From: Alistipes sp.
GTDB taxonomy: Bacteria; Bacillota; Clostridia; Lachnospirales; Lachnospiraceae
Direction: 5' to 3'
NCBI GenBank assembly: GCA_023666775.1
Contig: JAMPBI010000002.1
Coordinates: 1 to 35,926 of the forward strand
Length of the DNA stretch: 35,926 nucleotides
Shown one piece after another: positions 25,048-34,529 of this stretch. Positions within the stretch are counted from its first letter, which is position 1; each line of letters opens with the position of its first letter. The translations under genes were made by a program, and so were the position numbers. The notes below the pieces were generated by a model. The model did not search any database and was not told the DNA's origin. It worked only from the letters and a program-made list of their open reading frames with translations.

Positions 25048-26394
25048 ATGGGTAAATATTTTGGTACAGACGGCTTCCGCGGGGAAGCAAACGTAAATCT
25101 GACAGTGGAACACGCGTACAAAGTCGGTCGTTTTATCGGCTGGTATTTTGGCAGGGAGCATAAGTGCAAGGTGGTGATCGGAAAGGACACCAGACGTTCC
25201 AGTTATATGTTTGAGTATTCTCTGGTTGCGGGACTTACGGCATCAGGAGCCGATGCGTATCTTCTGCATGTTACCACGACGCCAAGCGTTTCTTATGTAG
25301 TACGGACGGAAGATTTTGACTGCGGTATTATGATTACCGCAAGCCACAATCCGTTTTATGATAACGGGATTAAGCTTCTGAACAGTAACGGTGAGAAGAT
25401 GGAGGAGACTGTTATTTCCCGGATAGAAGACTATCTTGACGGCGCAATGGAAGAAATCCCTTTTGCGCACAAGGAGGCAATAGGCTGTACGGTAGATTAT
25501 GTCGCCGGAAGAAACCGCTATATGGGGTACCTTATTTCACTTGCCATCTATTCTTTTAAGGGAAAGAGGATCGGGCTTGACTGCGCCAACGGAAGCGCAT
25601 GGAATCTGGCGAAGGCGGTATTTGACGCGCTGGGGGCCAAGACTTATGTGATCAATAACGAACCGGACGGAACGAATATTAATACCAACTGCGGTTCGAC
25701 TCACATAGAGGGATTGCAGAAACTGGTAGTGGAACAGGGACTGGATGTCGGATTTGCGTTCGACGGGGACGCGGACCGCTGTTTATGCGTGGACGAAAAT
25801 GGAAACGTCATCAACGGCGATCTGATTTTATACATTTACGGCTGTTACATGAAGGAAAGAGGAAAACTTATCGGTAATACCGTCGTTACAACGGTCATGT
25901 CCAATTTTGGTCTTTACAAGGCGTTTGACGAAGTGGGAATCGAGTATGAGAAAACGGCTGTCGGAGATAAATATGTATATGAAAGTATGACCAATAACGG
26001 CCATCGTCTCGGAGGAGAAGCGTCAGGACATATTATTTTCAGCAAGTACGCGACCACAGGCGACGGAATTATCACCGCACTCAAAATGATGGAAGTTATG
26101 CTGGCGAAAAAGAAAACGCTTTCCGAACTGGCAAAACCGGTGACGATATACCCGCAGCTTCTTAAAAATGTCCGTGTTACGGATAAAGCGGCGGCACAGA
26201 ATGATCCCGAGGTAAAGGCGGCGGTTAAGAAAGTGGCTGAGAAACTTGGAAATGACGGACGTATTCTGGTGCGGGAAAGCGGAACGGAACCGCTGGTCCG
26301 TGTTATGGTAGAAGCGGCGACAGATGAAATCTGCGAGAAATATGTCACGCAGGTGATTGACGCAATTATCCGGCGGGGGTATGAAGTGAAATAG
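25048..26394 (+). CDS. glmM: Phosphoglucosamine mutase
   Basis: GKYFGTDGFRGEAN is present, along with the active-site TASHNPFYDNGIK, then FDGDADR and GGEASGH. The length is 448 aa. Confidence 0.95.
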   Translation: MGKYFGTDGFRGEANVNLTVEHAYKVGRFIGWYFGREHKCKVVIGKDTRRSSYMFEYSLVAGLTASGADAYLLHVTTTPSVSYVVRTEDFDCGIMITASHNPFYDNGIKLLNSNGEKMEETVISRIEDYLDGAMEEIPFAHKEAIGCTVDYVAGRNRYMGYLISLAIYSFKGKRIGLDCANGSAWNLAKAVFDALGAKTYVINNEPDGTNINTNCGSTHIEGLQKLVVEQGLDVGFAFDGDADRCLCVDENGNVINGDLILYIYGCYMKERGKLIGNTVVTTVMSNFGLYKAFDEVGIEYEKTAVGDKYVYESMTNNGHRLGGEASGHIIFSKYATTGDGIITALKMMEVMLAKKKTLSELAKPVTIYPQLLKNVRVTDKAAAQNDPEVKAAVKKVAEKLGNDGRILVRESGTEPLVRVMVEAATDEICEKYVTQVIDAIIRRGYEVK

Positions 26395-26407
26395 GAATGG
26401 TGAAGGA

Positions 26408-27046
26408 ATGAAAAAGAATAGCGCAATTGTTTTAGCGATATGTATTTTATGTTTTGTAATAGGAGTTCTGGTTGGTCTTCTCGGATTGAAGAAGACAACG
26501 CCGGTAACCTCCACGGAAACGGTAACACTTTCAGAGATTTCCGTGCGGTTAAATTCGGGAAATCTGGAGTGGTTTAACGGAAAGGAATGGATTATTTACG
26601 GAAGTGTGGAGGAGCTGCTTCTTTCCGATGATATGACAATGGAGGAGCTGGAAGAATACTATTATCCAATCATTGCCGCGAGAATCCAAACGGAAGAAAG
26701 CGTTGCGGAGGCAGAAAGCGTAAAGGCGTCTGAAGCAGCTTCCGCTGCGGAAGCGGAATCGATAGCAAAGGCGGAGTCCGAAGCGGCGTCTGCCGCGGCA
26801 GCCGAGCAGAATAAAACGACTACGAAGCCAAATGTTGTAAAACCAACTACAACTACGAAACCGGTACAGACGCAGGCGCCGGAAAATAATTACGAGGAGG
26901 AAGATAATTCCTCAAATAATTCCCAGCCGGATCCACAGCCGCAGCCGGAACCGGAACCACAACCAGAGCCGGAACCGCAGCCGGAACCAGAACCGGATAA
27001 TTCGGGCGACGGAGAAGATATGGAGTGGTCTCCGGATATTATGTAA
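26408..27046 (+). CDS. N-terminally membrane-anchored low-complexity protein (Ala/Glu/Ser repeats, Thr/Pro/Lys linker, PEPQ repeats)
   Basis: A single N-terminal TM helix (AIVLAICILCFVIGVLVGLLGL) is followed by AEAESVKASEAASAAEAESIAKAESEAASAAAAE, then TTTKPNVVKPTTTTKP, then PDPQPQPEPEPQPEPEPQPEPEP. Confidence 0.6.
   Translation: MKKNSAIVLAICILCFVIGVLVGLLGLKKTTPVTSTETVTLSEISVRLNSGNLEWFNGKEWIIYGSVEELLLSDDMTMEELEEYYYPIIAARIQTEESVAEAESVKASEAASAAEAESIAKAESEAASAAAAEQNKTTTKPNVVKPTTTTKPVQTQAPENNYEEEDNSSNNSQPDPQPQPEPEPQPEPEPQPEPEPDNSGDGEDMEWSPDIM
26924..26998 (+). repeat. Imperfect 6-nt (CCNGAN/CCNCAN) microsatellite-like coding repeat encoding (P-E/Q)n
   Basis: The run reads cagccggatccacagccgcagccggaaccggaaccacaaccagagccggaaccgcagccggaaccagaaccggat. 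Confidence 0.8.
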
Positions 27047-27076
27047 CAAATAATTTTCTAAAAGGAGGGAAATATT

Positions 27077-28087
27077 ATGGCAATTCTTGTAACAGGCGGC
27101 GCCGGATATATCGGCAGCCACACGGTAGTAGAACTTCAGAATGCGGGTTATGATGTGGTTGTTGTGGATAATCTTGTCAATTCCAGCGAAAAAGTTCTTG
27201 AGAGAGTAAAGGCGATAACCGGGAAAGACGTTACGTTTTATAAGGTTGACATTCAGGATAAAGAAGGTCTTGAGCAGGTGTTTGACAAAGAGAACATCGA
27301 ATCCTGTATTCACTTCGCGGGTCTGAAGGCGGTCGGCGAGTCGGTTGTAAAGCCGCTTGAATACTATACCAATAATATCGCGGGAACGTTGACCCTTTTA
27401 GATGTAATGCGGACGCATAACGTGAAGAACATTGTATTTTCATCTTCCGCAACGGTTTACGGAAATCCGGCGTTTATCCCAATCACGGAGGAATGCCCTA
27501 AGGGACAGTGTACGAACCCTTATGGCTGGACGAAGTCCATGCTGGAGCAGATCTTGACGGATCTGCAATACGCGGATAAAGAGTGGAACGTTATCCTCCT
27601 GAGATACTTTAATCCGATCGGAGCGCATAAGAGCGGAACGATCGGTGAAAATCCAAACGGTATTCCAAACAACCTGATGCCGTATATCACGCAGGTTGCC
27701 GTAGGGAAATTAAAAGAGCTGGGAGTTTTCGGGAATGATTACGACACACCTGACGGAACAGGCGTGAGAGACTATATACATGTAGTGGATCTGGCGCTGG
27801 GGCATGTCAAGGCAATTGAAAAGCTGTCGGAAAATCCGGGGCTTAAGATTTATAACCTGGGAACGGGCAAGGGCTATAGCGTGCTTGATATTGTCAAAAA
27901 CTTCGAGGAGGCTTCCGGAGTAAAAATCCCGTATGTGATAAAGCCTCGGCGTGCCGGTGATATTGCCACATGCTACTCCGACGCGTCCCTGGCAAAAAAA
28001 GAACTTGGGTGGACTGCCGAACGTGATCTGAAAGAAATGTGCGAGGATTCATGGAGATGGCAGAAAAATAATCCGGAGGGATACTAA
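27077..28087 (+). CDS. galE: UDP-glucose 4-epimerase
   Basis: [15 protein letters not shown] is the NAD-binding motif. SSSATVYG, the YGWTK catalytic motif (YxxxK) and [10 protein letters not shown] are also present. The length is 336 aa. Confidence 0.95.
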   Translation: MAILVTGGAGYIGSHTVVELQNAGYDVVVVDNLVNSSEKVLERVKAITGKDVTFYKVDIQDKEGLEQVFDKENIESCIHFAGLKAVGESVVKPLEYYTNNIAGTLTLLDVMRTHNVKNIVFSSSATVYGNPAFIPITEECPKGQCTNPYGWTKSMLEQILTDLQYADKEWNVILLRYFNPIGAHKSGTIGENPNGIPNNLMPYITQVAVGKLKELGVFGNDYDTPDGTGVRDYIHVVDLALGHVKAIEKLSENPGLKIYNLGTGKGYSVLDIVKNFEEASGVKIPYVIKPRRAGDIATCYSDASLAKKELGWTAERDLKEMCEDSWRWQKNNPEGY

Positions 28088-28088
28088 G

Positions 28089-29051
28089 ATGTTAAAGGCG
28101 GTTATTCTGGCAGCAGGACAGGGAACAAGAATGAAGTCCAGACTTCCGAAGGTTGTTCACCGAGTGATGGGGAAATGTATGGTAGAACATGCGATCCATG
28201 CGGCAAGGCAGGCGGGAGCAGATGAAATCTGCGTAGTGGTCGGTCACGGAGCCGAAACGGTAAAAGCCGAGATCCTTTCCGGGAAAGAAGCGTCCGCGAT
28301 CACATTTGTCACGCAGGAACAGCAGCTTGGGACAGGACACGCGGTAAAATGCGCAAGGGATTTTATCGGAACAGAGGGCGAGACGCTGATCCTTTTCGGG
28401 GATACGCCGCTGATCACAGGTGCGACCCTTGGAAAGCTGGTTTCGACTCATCGGGAACAGGGAAACAGTATCACGGTACTTTCGGCAGTTCTTGACGATC
28501 CGTCGGGTTACGGAAGAATTATCCGTGACGCGCGGGGGCTCTTTGTAAAGAGCGTGGAACACAAAGACGCGACCGAGGAAGAACGCAGGTGTAAAGAGGT
28601 AAATTCGGGAATGTATGTTTTTGATTCGGCGCGGTTGTATGAGGCGCTGGATTTATTGAAAAATGACAATGCCCAGGGCGAATATTATCTTCCGGATACC
28701 CTGATGATCATTAAGGATAAGAGGCTGAAAGTAGACGCGATGGTGGTGGAAGACGCGACGGAGATTGAGGGAGTAAATTCCCGTGTCCAGCTTGCCGGCG
28801 CGGAAGAGATCATGAAGCTTCGTATCAACAGAAGATGGATGGAAGCCGGAGTCACGATCATTGATCCGAAAACGACTTATATAACGCCGGACGTCCAAAT
28901 TGAAAATGACGTTGTGATCTATCCGAACACATTTATCACGGGAAGCACGGTAATTCACGCGGAAAGCGTCATCGGACCGTTTTCTTATCTTGAAAACGCA
29001 GTGATAGACCAGGGCTCGGAACTTCCTGCGTACACGAAGATGACGGAGTGA
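28089..29051 (+). CDS. glmU: GlmU-like sugar-1-phosphate uridylyltransferase with a truncated LbH (acetyltransferase) domain
   Basis: MLKAVILAAGQGTRMKSRLPKVVH is the GlmU N-terminal signature, followed by QQLGTGHAV and a linker helix. Only about 4 LbH turns are present before the stop at 320 aa, whereas typical GlmU is about 455 aa. pth starts 11 nt later. Confidence 0.75.
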   Translation: MLKAVILAAGQGTRMKSRLPKVVHRVMGKCMVEHAIHAARQAGADEICVVVGHGAETVKAEILSGKEASAITFVTQEQQLGTGHAVKCARDFIGTEGETLILFGDTPLITGATLGKLVSTHREQGNSITVLSAVLDDPSGYGRIIRDARGLFVKSVEHKDATEEERRCKEVNSGMYVFDSARLYEALDLLKNDNAQGEYYLPDTLMIIKDKRLKVDAMVVEDATEIEGVNSRVQLAGAEEIMKLRINRRWMEAGVTIIDPKTTYITPDVQIENDVVIYPNTFITGSTVIHAESVIGPFSYLENAVIDQGSELPAYTKMTE

Positions 29052-29061
29052 CGGCGGCGGT

Positions 29062-29619
29062 ATGAAGATAATTGTGGGTTTGGGAAATCCCGAAAGAAAA
29101 TATGACGGAACAAGGCATAATATCGGATTTTCGGTGATCGATAACATATGCGGTGAGTATAATATTGCGCTGGATATCAGGAAACATAAAGGTTTGTGCG
29201 GAAAAGGCGTTATAGCCGGTGAAAAGGCAGTGCTTGTAAAACCTCTTACTTATATGAACCTAAGCGGCGAATGCGTCCGTGAGGTCATGGATTTTTATAA
29301 AGTAAAGCCTCAGGATATCATTGTGATTTTTGACGATATCAGTCTTCCGCCCGGAAAGATCCGCGTCCGTCCGAAGGGCAGCGCCGGAGGGCATAATGGG
29401 ATCAAAAGTATCATTGCCCATTTAAACAGCGAGGAGTTCTGGCGGATTAAGTGCGGCGTCGGGGATAAACCGAAGGGGTATGATCTGGCGGATTATGTAC
29501 TGTCGCAATTTACAAAGGAAGAGATCCCTCTTATAGAAGAAGAGAGGAAAACGGCGGTAAAAGCATGTGAATGTATGATCGCGCGTGGTATTAATGAGGC
29601 GATGAATCAATATAATTAA
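29062..29619 (+). CDS. pth: Peptidyl-tRNA hydrolase
   Basis: MKIIVGLGNPERKYDGTRHNIGF, TYMNLSG and GSAGGHNGIKSI are present. The length is 185 aa. Confidence 0.95.
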   Translation: MKIIVGLGNPERKYDGTRHNIGFSVIDNICGEYNIALDIRKHKGLCGKGVIAGEKAVLVKPLTYMNLSGECVREVMDFYKVKPQDIIVIFDDISLPPGKIRVRPKGSAGGHNGIKSIIAHLNSEEFWRIKCGVGDKPKGYDLADYVLSQFTKEEIPLIEEERKTAVKACECMIARGINEAMNQYN

Positions 29620-29667
29620 ATGAAAGTCATAAAATCATCCGGGGTATGAAAAACATATCCCGGACAA

Positions 29668-32600
29668 ATGCCGTTGGAGGAAAAGATGCGGATTTTTTTG
29701 GAACCGGTAAGGGAACTGGAACAGTATGATGAACTGATCGAAACAATTGAAAACACCAAGACCGTTATGATCAGCGGAGTCGCGGATACGGACAAGGCAC
29801 ATCTGGCGTGGGGGATATCACAGGCATTTCCCGCAAAGCAGAAAGTCATAGTAACCTATAGCGAATCAAAGGCAAAAAGTCTTGTGGAAGAATATTCGTT
29901 TTATGATAAAAACGTAGTATATTATCCCGCAAAAGATTTTATTTTTTATAATGCGGACGTACACAGCAACTATATTGTAGAACAGCGCATGGCGGCGATC
30001 CGTGCCATTATGGAAACGGAAGAGCTTACGGTGGTTACAACGATCGACGCGCTTGCGGACCGTCTTCTGCCGATTGAAAGCCTTTCAAAAAATGTACTCA
30101 CGGTCCGGGAAGCGGACGTACTCGATCTGGAAGAGTGGAAAGAGAAACTCCTTCGTATGGGGTATGAACGTCTGGGACAGGTGGAGAGTGCCGGTCAGTT
30201 CGCGATCCGGGGCGGGATTATGGACATTTTCCCGTTTACGGCGGAATGTCCCGTCCGCATTGAACTGTGGGACGACGAGGTGGATTCGATCCGCACGTTT
30301 GACGTGTCCAGCCAGCGTTCCATTGAACGCTTGGAGACGGTGACGGTCTATCCGGCAACGGAAAATCCCGTAACAAAAGAGCAGATAGCGGAGGGCGTCG
30401 GAAAGATTGAGAAAGAGCTTGCCGCCGCGGTCGGACATTTTACGGACGAAAAATTTCTTGAGGAGGCAGGCAGGCTAAAAAAAGCGGTCGGCGAGGCGCT
30501 GGAGGAAATAAAGGAACAAAGCGGCAGCCGTTTTATAGAAAAATATATTTCGTATTTTTATAATACGACCGTATCTTTTGTAGAATACTTTAACAGGGAC
30601 GCGGTGTTTTTTCTGGACGAACCGGACCGGATTTCGGAGAAAATGTCGGGAGTCGAGGCGGAATTTCGCGAGAGCATGAGCCATCGTCTGGAGAAGGGAT
30701 ACGTCCTTGCGGGACAGACGGATATTTTGCGGAACGAAAAGGAGATCATGGCGAAATTAGGGGCAAGAAGAAGTGTCGCGTTGTCGGCGCTTTCCTATAA
30801 ACCGAAGTATCTTGATATTGAGAAAGAAATCATGTTTCACACAAAAAGCATTAGTTCTTATAACAATAAGTTTGAAATGTTGGTGGGAGATTTAAAAAGA
30901 TACCGCAGGAGCGGATACCGGATCGTTCTGGTGTGCAGTTCCAGAACCCGCGCGGGCAGGATAGCAGACTCGCTTTTTGATTATGATATCGGAGCGTTTT
31001 ATTCGGCGGATTATGATAAAGAGCTGGGCGCCGGACAAATCATGGTTACTTACGGGCAGATGAAAAACGGATTTGAATATCCGGACGTGAAATTTGCCGC
31101 GATCGCCGAAAGCGATATTTTCGGTCAGAGGAAGAAAAAACGTCGCAAAAAGAAACGGTATGAGGGAAAAGAAATCGCGAGTTTTAACGATCTCACGCCG
31201 GGGGATTATGTGGTCCATGAGGATCATGGACTGGGAATTTACCGCGGTATCGAGAAGATGACCGTAGAAGGGATTGAGAAAGATTACATTAAGATTGAAT
31301 ACAGCAATAACGGAAATCTGTATGTGCTTGCCACCCAGCTTGACGTTATCCAGAAGTATGCCGGCGCGGAGGCGAAAGCGCCGAAGCTGAATAAACTGGG
31401 AAGCCAGGAGTGGGTGAAGACCAAAACGAAGGTACACGGAGCCGTGGCGGAGATTGCTAAGGATTTAGTGGAACTTTATGCCGTCAGACAGACCAAGGAA
31501 GGGTTTGCGTTTAGCAAGGATACACAGTGGCAGAAGGAATTTGAGGAACTGTTTCCGTATGAGGAGACGGAGGATCAGATCGGCGCTATTGAGGATACAA
31601 AAAACGATATGGAAAGCCGTAAGATCATGGACAGACTGATCTGTGGAGACGTGGGCTACGGAAAAACGGAGATTGCGATCCGCGCGGCGTTTAAGGCGGT
31701 GCAGGACGGGAAACAGGTCGTTTATCTCTGCCCGACAACGATCCTCGCGGGACAGCATTATGATACGTTTGCGCAGAGAATGAAGGATTTTCCCGTTAAA
31801 GTAGAACTACTGTCGCGTTTTCGGACGACGAAGCAGATAAAAGCGACGGTGGAAGGGCTGAAAAAAGGTCTTGTGGATATCGTGATCGGGACCCACAGGG
31901 TTTTATCGGCGGACGTGCAGTTTAAAAATCTGGGACTTTTGATCATTGATGAAGAACAGCGATTTGGAGTAACCCACAAGGAAAAAATAAAAAAATTAAA
32001 GGATAACGTGGACGTTCTCACGCTTTCCGCCACACCGATACCGAGAACCCTTCATATGTCCTTAGTAGGGATCCGGGATATGAGCGTTCTTGACGAGCCG
32101 CCGCAGGACAGACTTCCGATCCAGACGTTTGTAACGGAGTATAACGATGAGATGGTCAGGGAAGCGATCCATCGTGAATTATCCCGTCAGGGTCAGGTAT
32201 ACTATGTTTATAACCGCGTGCAGGATATTGACAGGATCGCGTTAAAAGTGCAGGAGCTTGTGCCGGACGCAAGAGTGGCTTACGCCCACGGGCAGATGGA
32301 CGAGAGGAGCCTTGAGGCGGTCATGTATGATTTTATAAACGGTGAGATCGACGTCCTTGTCTCGACGACGATAATCGAAACGGGACTTGACATCGCGAAT
32401 GTGAATACCATGATCATACATGACGCGGATAAATTCGGGCTTTCCCAGCTTTATCAGCTCCGCGGGCGTATCGGACGTTCCAGCAGGACGGCTTACGCGT
32501 TTCTGATGTATAAGCGCGACCGTATGATCAAAGAAACGGCGGAAAAACGTTTGCAGGCGATCAAAGAGTTTTCCGAGCTGGGGTCCGGTTTTAAGATCGC

Positions 32601-33204
32601 GATGAAGGATCTGGAGATCCGCGGCGCGGGAAATGTTCTCGGGGCAAGGCAGCATGGGCATATGGAAGCCGTCGGATATGATCTGTACTGTAAAATGTTA
32701 AACGAGGCGGTGCTGGAATTAAAGGGGCAAACGGAAAGCAAGCCGTATGAGACAACCGTAGATGTTACGCTGGACGCGTTTATTCCGGCGTCTTATATAA
32801 AAAACGAAGCGCAGAAACTCGAAATATATAAGCGGATCGCTTCCATTGAAACGAGAGAGGAACTGCTGGATATGGAAGATGAACTGGTGGACCGGTTTGG
32901 GGACCTGCCGCGTTCGGCGTCGAATCTGTTAAGTATCGCGCTTTTGAAGGCAAAGGCGCACAATGCCTATGTGACGGAGATCAAGGGCGGTAAGAAAGGC
33001 GTGAGGCTTCGCATGTTTGCCAACGCAAAGATCAATGTGGAGCGTATTCCCGACATTATAGCGCAGTACAACGGCATGCTGAAATTTAAGGTGGAAACCC
33101 AGCCGTATTTTACCTACGTTCCTATAAAAAATTACGCGGGAGCGGAAGGAGATCTGGAATTTCTGGAGGACATCATGGAGCTGGCAGACAAGATCGGCGG
33201 CTGA
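29668..33204 (+). CDS. mfd: Transcription-repair coupling factor
   Basis: The protein is 1178 aa. It has a UvrB-homology N-terminus, a CarD/RNAP-interaction segment (GDYVVHEDHGLGIYRGI), superfamily 2 helicase motifs (GDVGYGKTE, DEEQRFG, LSATPIPRT) and a TRG motif region (QLRGRIGRS). An alternative start lies at ATG 29686. Confidence 0.97.
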   Translation: MPLEEKMRIFLEPVRELEQYDELIETIENTKTVMISGVADTDKAHLAWGISQAFPAKQKVIVTYSESKAKSLVEEYSFYDKNVVYYPAKDFIFYNADVHSNYIVEQRMAAIRAIMETEELTVVTTIDALADRLLPIESLSKNVLTVREADVLDLEEWKEKLLRMGYERLGQVESAGQFAIRGGIMDIFPFTAECPVRIELWDDEVDSIRTFDVSSQRSIERLETVTVYPATENPVTKEQIAEGVGKIEKELAAAVGHFTDEKFLEEAGRLKKAVGEALEEIKEQSGSRFIEKYISYFYNTTVSFVEYFNRDAVFFLDEPDRISEKMSGVEAEFRESMSHRLEKGYVLAGQTDILRNEKEIMAKLGARRSVALSALSYKPKYLDIEKEIMFHTKSISSYNNKFEMLVGDLKRYRRSGYRIVLVCSSRTRAGRIADSLFDYDIGAFYSADYDKELGAGQIMVTYGQMKNGFEYPDVKFAAIAESDIFGQRKKKRRKKKRYEGKEIASFNDLTPGDYVVHEDHGLGIYRGIEKMTVEGIEKDYIKIEYSNNGNLYVLATQLDVIQKYAGAEAKAPKLNKLGSQEWVKTKTKVHGAVAEIAKDLVELYAVRQTKEGFAFSKDTQWQKEFEELFPYEETEDQIGAIEDTKNDMESRKIMDRLICGDVGYGKTEIAIRAAFKAVQDGKQVVYLCPTTILAGQHYDTFAQRMKDFPVKVELLSRFRTTKQIKATVEGLKKGLVDIVIGTHRVLSADVQFKNLGLLIIDEEQRFGVTHKEKIKKLKDNVDVLTLSATPIPRTLHMSLVGIRDMSVLDEPPQDRLPIQTFVTEYNDEMVREAIHRELSRQGQVYYVYNRVQDIDRIALKVQELVPDARVAYAHGQMDERSLEAVMYDFINGEIDVLVSTTIIETGLDIANVNTMIIHDADKFGLSQLYQLRGRIGRSSRTAYAFLMYKRDRMIKETAEKRLQAIKEFSELGSGFKIAMKDLEIRGAGNVLGARQHGHMEAVGYDLYCKMLNEAVLELKGQTESKPYETTVDVTLDAFIPASYIKNEAQKLEIYKRIASIETREELLDMEDELVDRFGDLPRSASNLLSIALLKAKAHNAYVTEIKGGKKGVRLRMFANAKINVERIPDIIAQYNGMLKFKVETQPYFTYVPIKNYAGAEGDLEFLEDIMELADKIGG

Positions 33205-33245
33205 ATTTAAAATTGTTTTTTTCTCAGAAAATGTGCTTTGGTTTA

Positions 33246-33274
33246 GTATATATTTTCTTTTTTTCCACATAATA
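33246..33274 (+). promoter_or_regulatory. Possible forespore sigma-G/F type promoter upstream of spoVT (GTATA-17 nt-CATAATA)
   Basis: GTATA at 33246-33250 and CATAATA at 33268-33274 fit GHATR-17/18-CATxHTA. B. subtilis spoVT is sigma-G dependent. This is a motif match only. Confidence 0.3.
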
Positions 33275-33323
33275 CATATACAGCTTGGCAAGCATTATCA
33301 GGTATTGTATGGAGGAAATGAAA

Positions 33324-33872
33324 ATGAAGGCAACAGGAATTGTACGTCGGATTGATGATTTGGGAAGGGTTGTAGTGCCAAAGGAAATCAGAAGAACACT
33401 TCGGATTCGTGAGGGTGACCCGCTGGAAATATTTACGGACCGCGAGGGTGAAATCATTTTAAAGAAGTATTCTCCGATTGGTGAGCTGGGAGTATTTGCC
33501 AGACAATATGCGGATTCGCTGGCACAGACTACGGGACATACGGTGTGTATTACGGACAGGGATCAGATTGTCGCGGTTTCCGGCGCGCCGAAGAAAGAGT
33601 TGATCGCAAAACCCATCAGCAAGCAGCTCGAAAACGCGATAGACAATCGTTCAAGTATCGTGGCGATTAAAGATGATAACCGTTTTATTCCGATCGTAAA
33701 CGGCGACCTTGAGGAGTATCATTCCCAGGTTATCAGCCCGATCATATGTGAAGGCGACGCGATCGGCTCCGTTGTGATCACCACAAAGGAAAACCGTACA
33801 AAGCTCGGCGATACGGAAGTAAAGATCGCCGATTCAGCGGCGGGATTTCTGGGAAGACAGATGGAGTCTTGA
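33324..33872 (+). CDS. spoVT: Stage V sporulation regulator SpoVT (AbrB-type swapped-hairpin N-domain plus GAF-like C-domain)
   Basis: MKATGIVRRIDDLGRVVVPKEIRRTLRIREGDPLEIF is nearly identical to the Bacillus SpoVT N-terminus. GGAGGA lies 7 nt before ATG 33324, whereas the track starts at 33285. Confidence 0.93.
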   Translation: MKATGIVRRIDDLGRVVVPKEIRRTLRIREGDPLEIFTDREGEIILKKYSPIGELGVFARQYADSLAQTTGHTVCITDRDQIVAVSGAPKKELIAKPISKQLENAIDNRSSIVAIKDDNRFIPIVNGDLEEYHSQVISPIICEGDAIGSVVITTKENRTKLGDTEVKIADSAAGFLGRQMES

Positions 33873-33921
33873 CAAATGAGGAAGAAACCTTTATAAATGA
33901 AAGAAAAAGGTGGAATGGAAC

Positions 33922-34161
33922 ATGCGGTTAGATAAATATTTAAAAGTATCCCGTCTGATCAAGAGGCGTACCGTGGCAAACGAGGCGTGCGACGCGGGGA
34001 GAGTGCTGATCAATGATAAGACGGCAAAGGCGTCCCAGGAAGTAAAGGTCGGCGATACCATTGAGATACAATTCGGACAAAAAACGGTAAAGGTCCGGGT
34101 TACGGAGATAAAGGAAACGACCCGTAAGGACGATGCGGGGGACATGTTTGAATATTTGTAG
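33922..34161 (+). CDS. yabO: S4-domain RNA-binding protein of the YabO/RqcP (Hsp15-like) type
   Basis: MRLDKYLKVSRLIKRRTVANEACDAGRVLINDK is the S4 alpha-L motif. The product is about 80 aa. The gene occupies a syntenic position before yabP. Confidence 0.85.
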   Translation: MRLDKYLKVSRLIKRRTVANEACDAGRVLINDKTAKASQEVKVGDTIEIQFGQKTVKVRVTEIKETTRKDDAGDMFEYL

Positions 34162-34170
34162 AATAATTTT

Positions 34171-34234
34171 AAAACCTCCTAATATATTGTAATAACGGAT
34201 ACGGTCAATTCTGTTATGAAGTATAGGAGGTTTT
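34171..34234 (+). promoter_or_regulatory. Bipartite hairpin that pairs an anti-SD (CCTCCT) with the yabP Shine-Dalgarno (AGGAGG); terminator or translational control element
   Basis: AAAACCTCCTA (34171-34181) pairs perfectly with TAGGAGGTTTT (34224-34234). An inner stem pairs ATAACGG (34192-98) with CTGTTAT (34211-17), with one G-U pair. The structure is followed by TGTTTT. Confidence 0.4.
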
Positions 34235-34238
34235 TGTT

Positions 34239-34529
34239 TTGGAGGAAAAACAGACAATACGGAGCGTCAGTCATAAAATTCTCATGGATAATCGCAAGAA
34301 AGGCAGCATTACAGGTGTAGCGGACGTAATCTCCTTTGACTTGAAGGAAATACTTCTGGAAACGACTATGGGAATGCTCACAATAAAAGGACAAGATTTA
34401 AAGGTCACGAGGCTCTCGGTGGAAAAGGGAGAGGTGGATCTGACGGGACAGATTGACAGTATGACCTATACGGAGATTTCCAGTTATGCGAAAAAGACAG
34501 AAGGTTTTATTACAAGGATGTTTAAGTGA
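34239..34529 (+). CDS. yabP: Sporulation protein YabP
   Basis: HKILMDNRKKGSITGVADVISFDLKEILLETTMGMLTIKGQDLKVTRLSVEKGEVDLTGQIDSMTY matches the YabP family pattern. The TTG start has AGGAGG (34225-34230) 8 nt upstream. Confidence 0.88.
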   Translation: MEEKQTIRSVSHKILMDNRKKGSITGVADVISFDLKEILLETTMGMLTIKGQDLKVTRLSVEKGEVDLTGQIDSMTYTEISSYAKKTEGFITRMFK

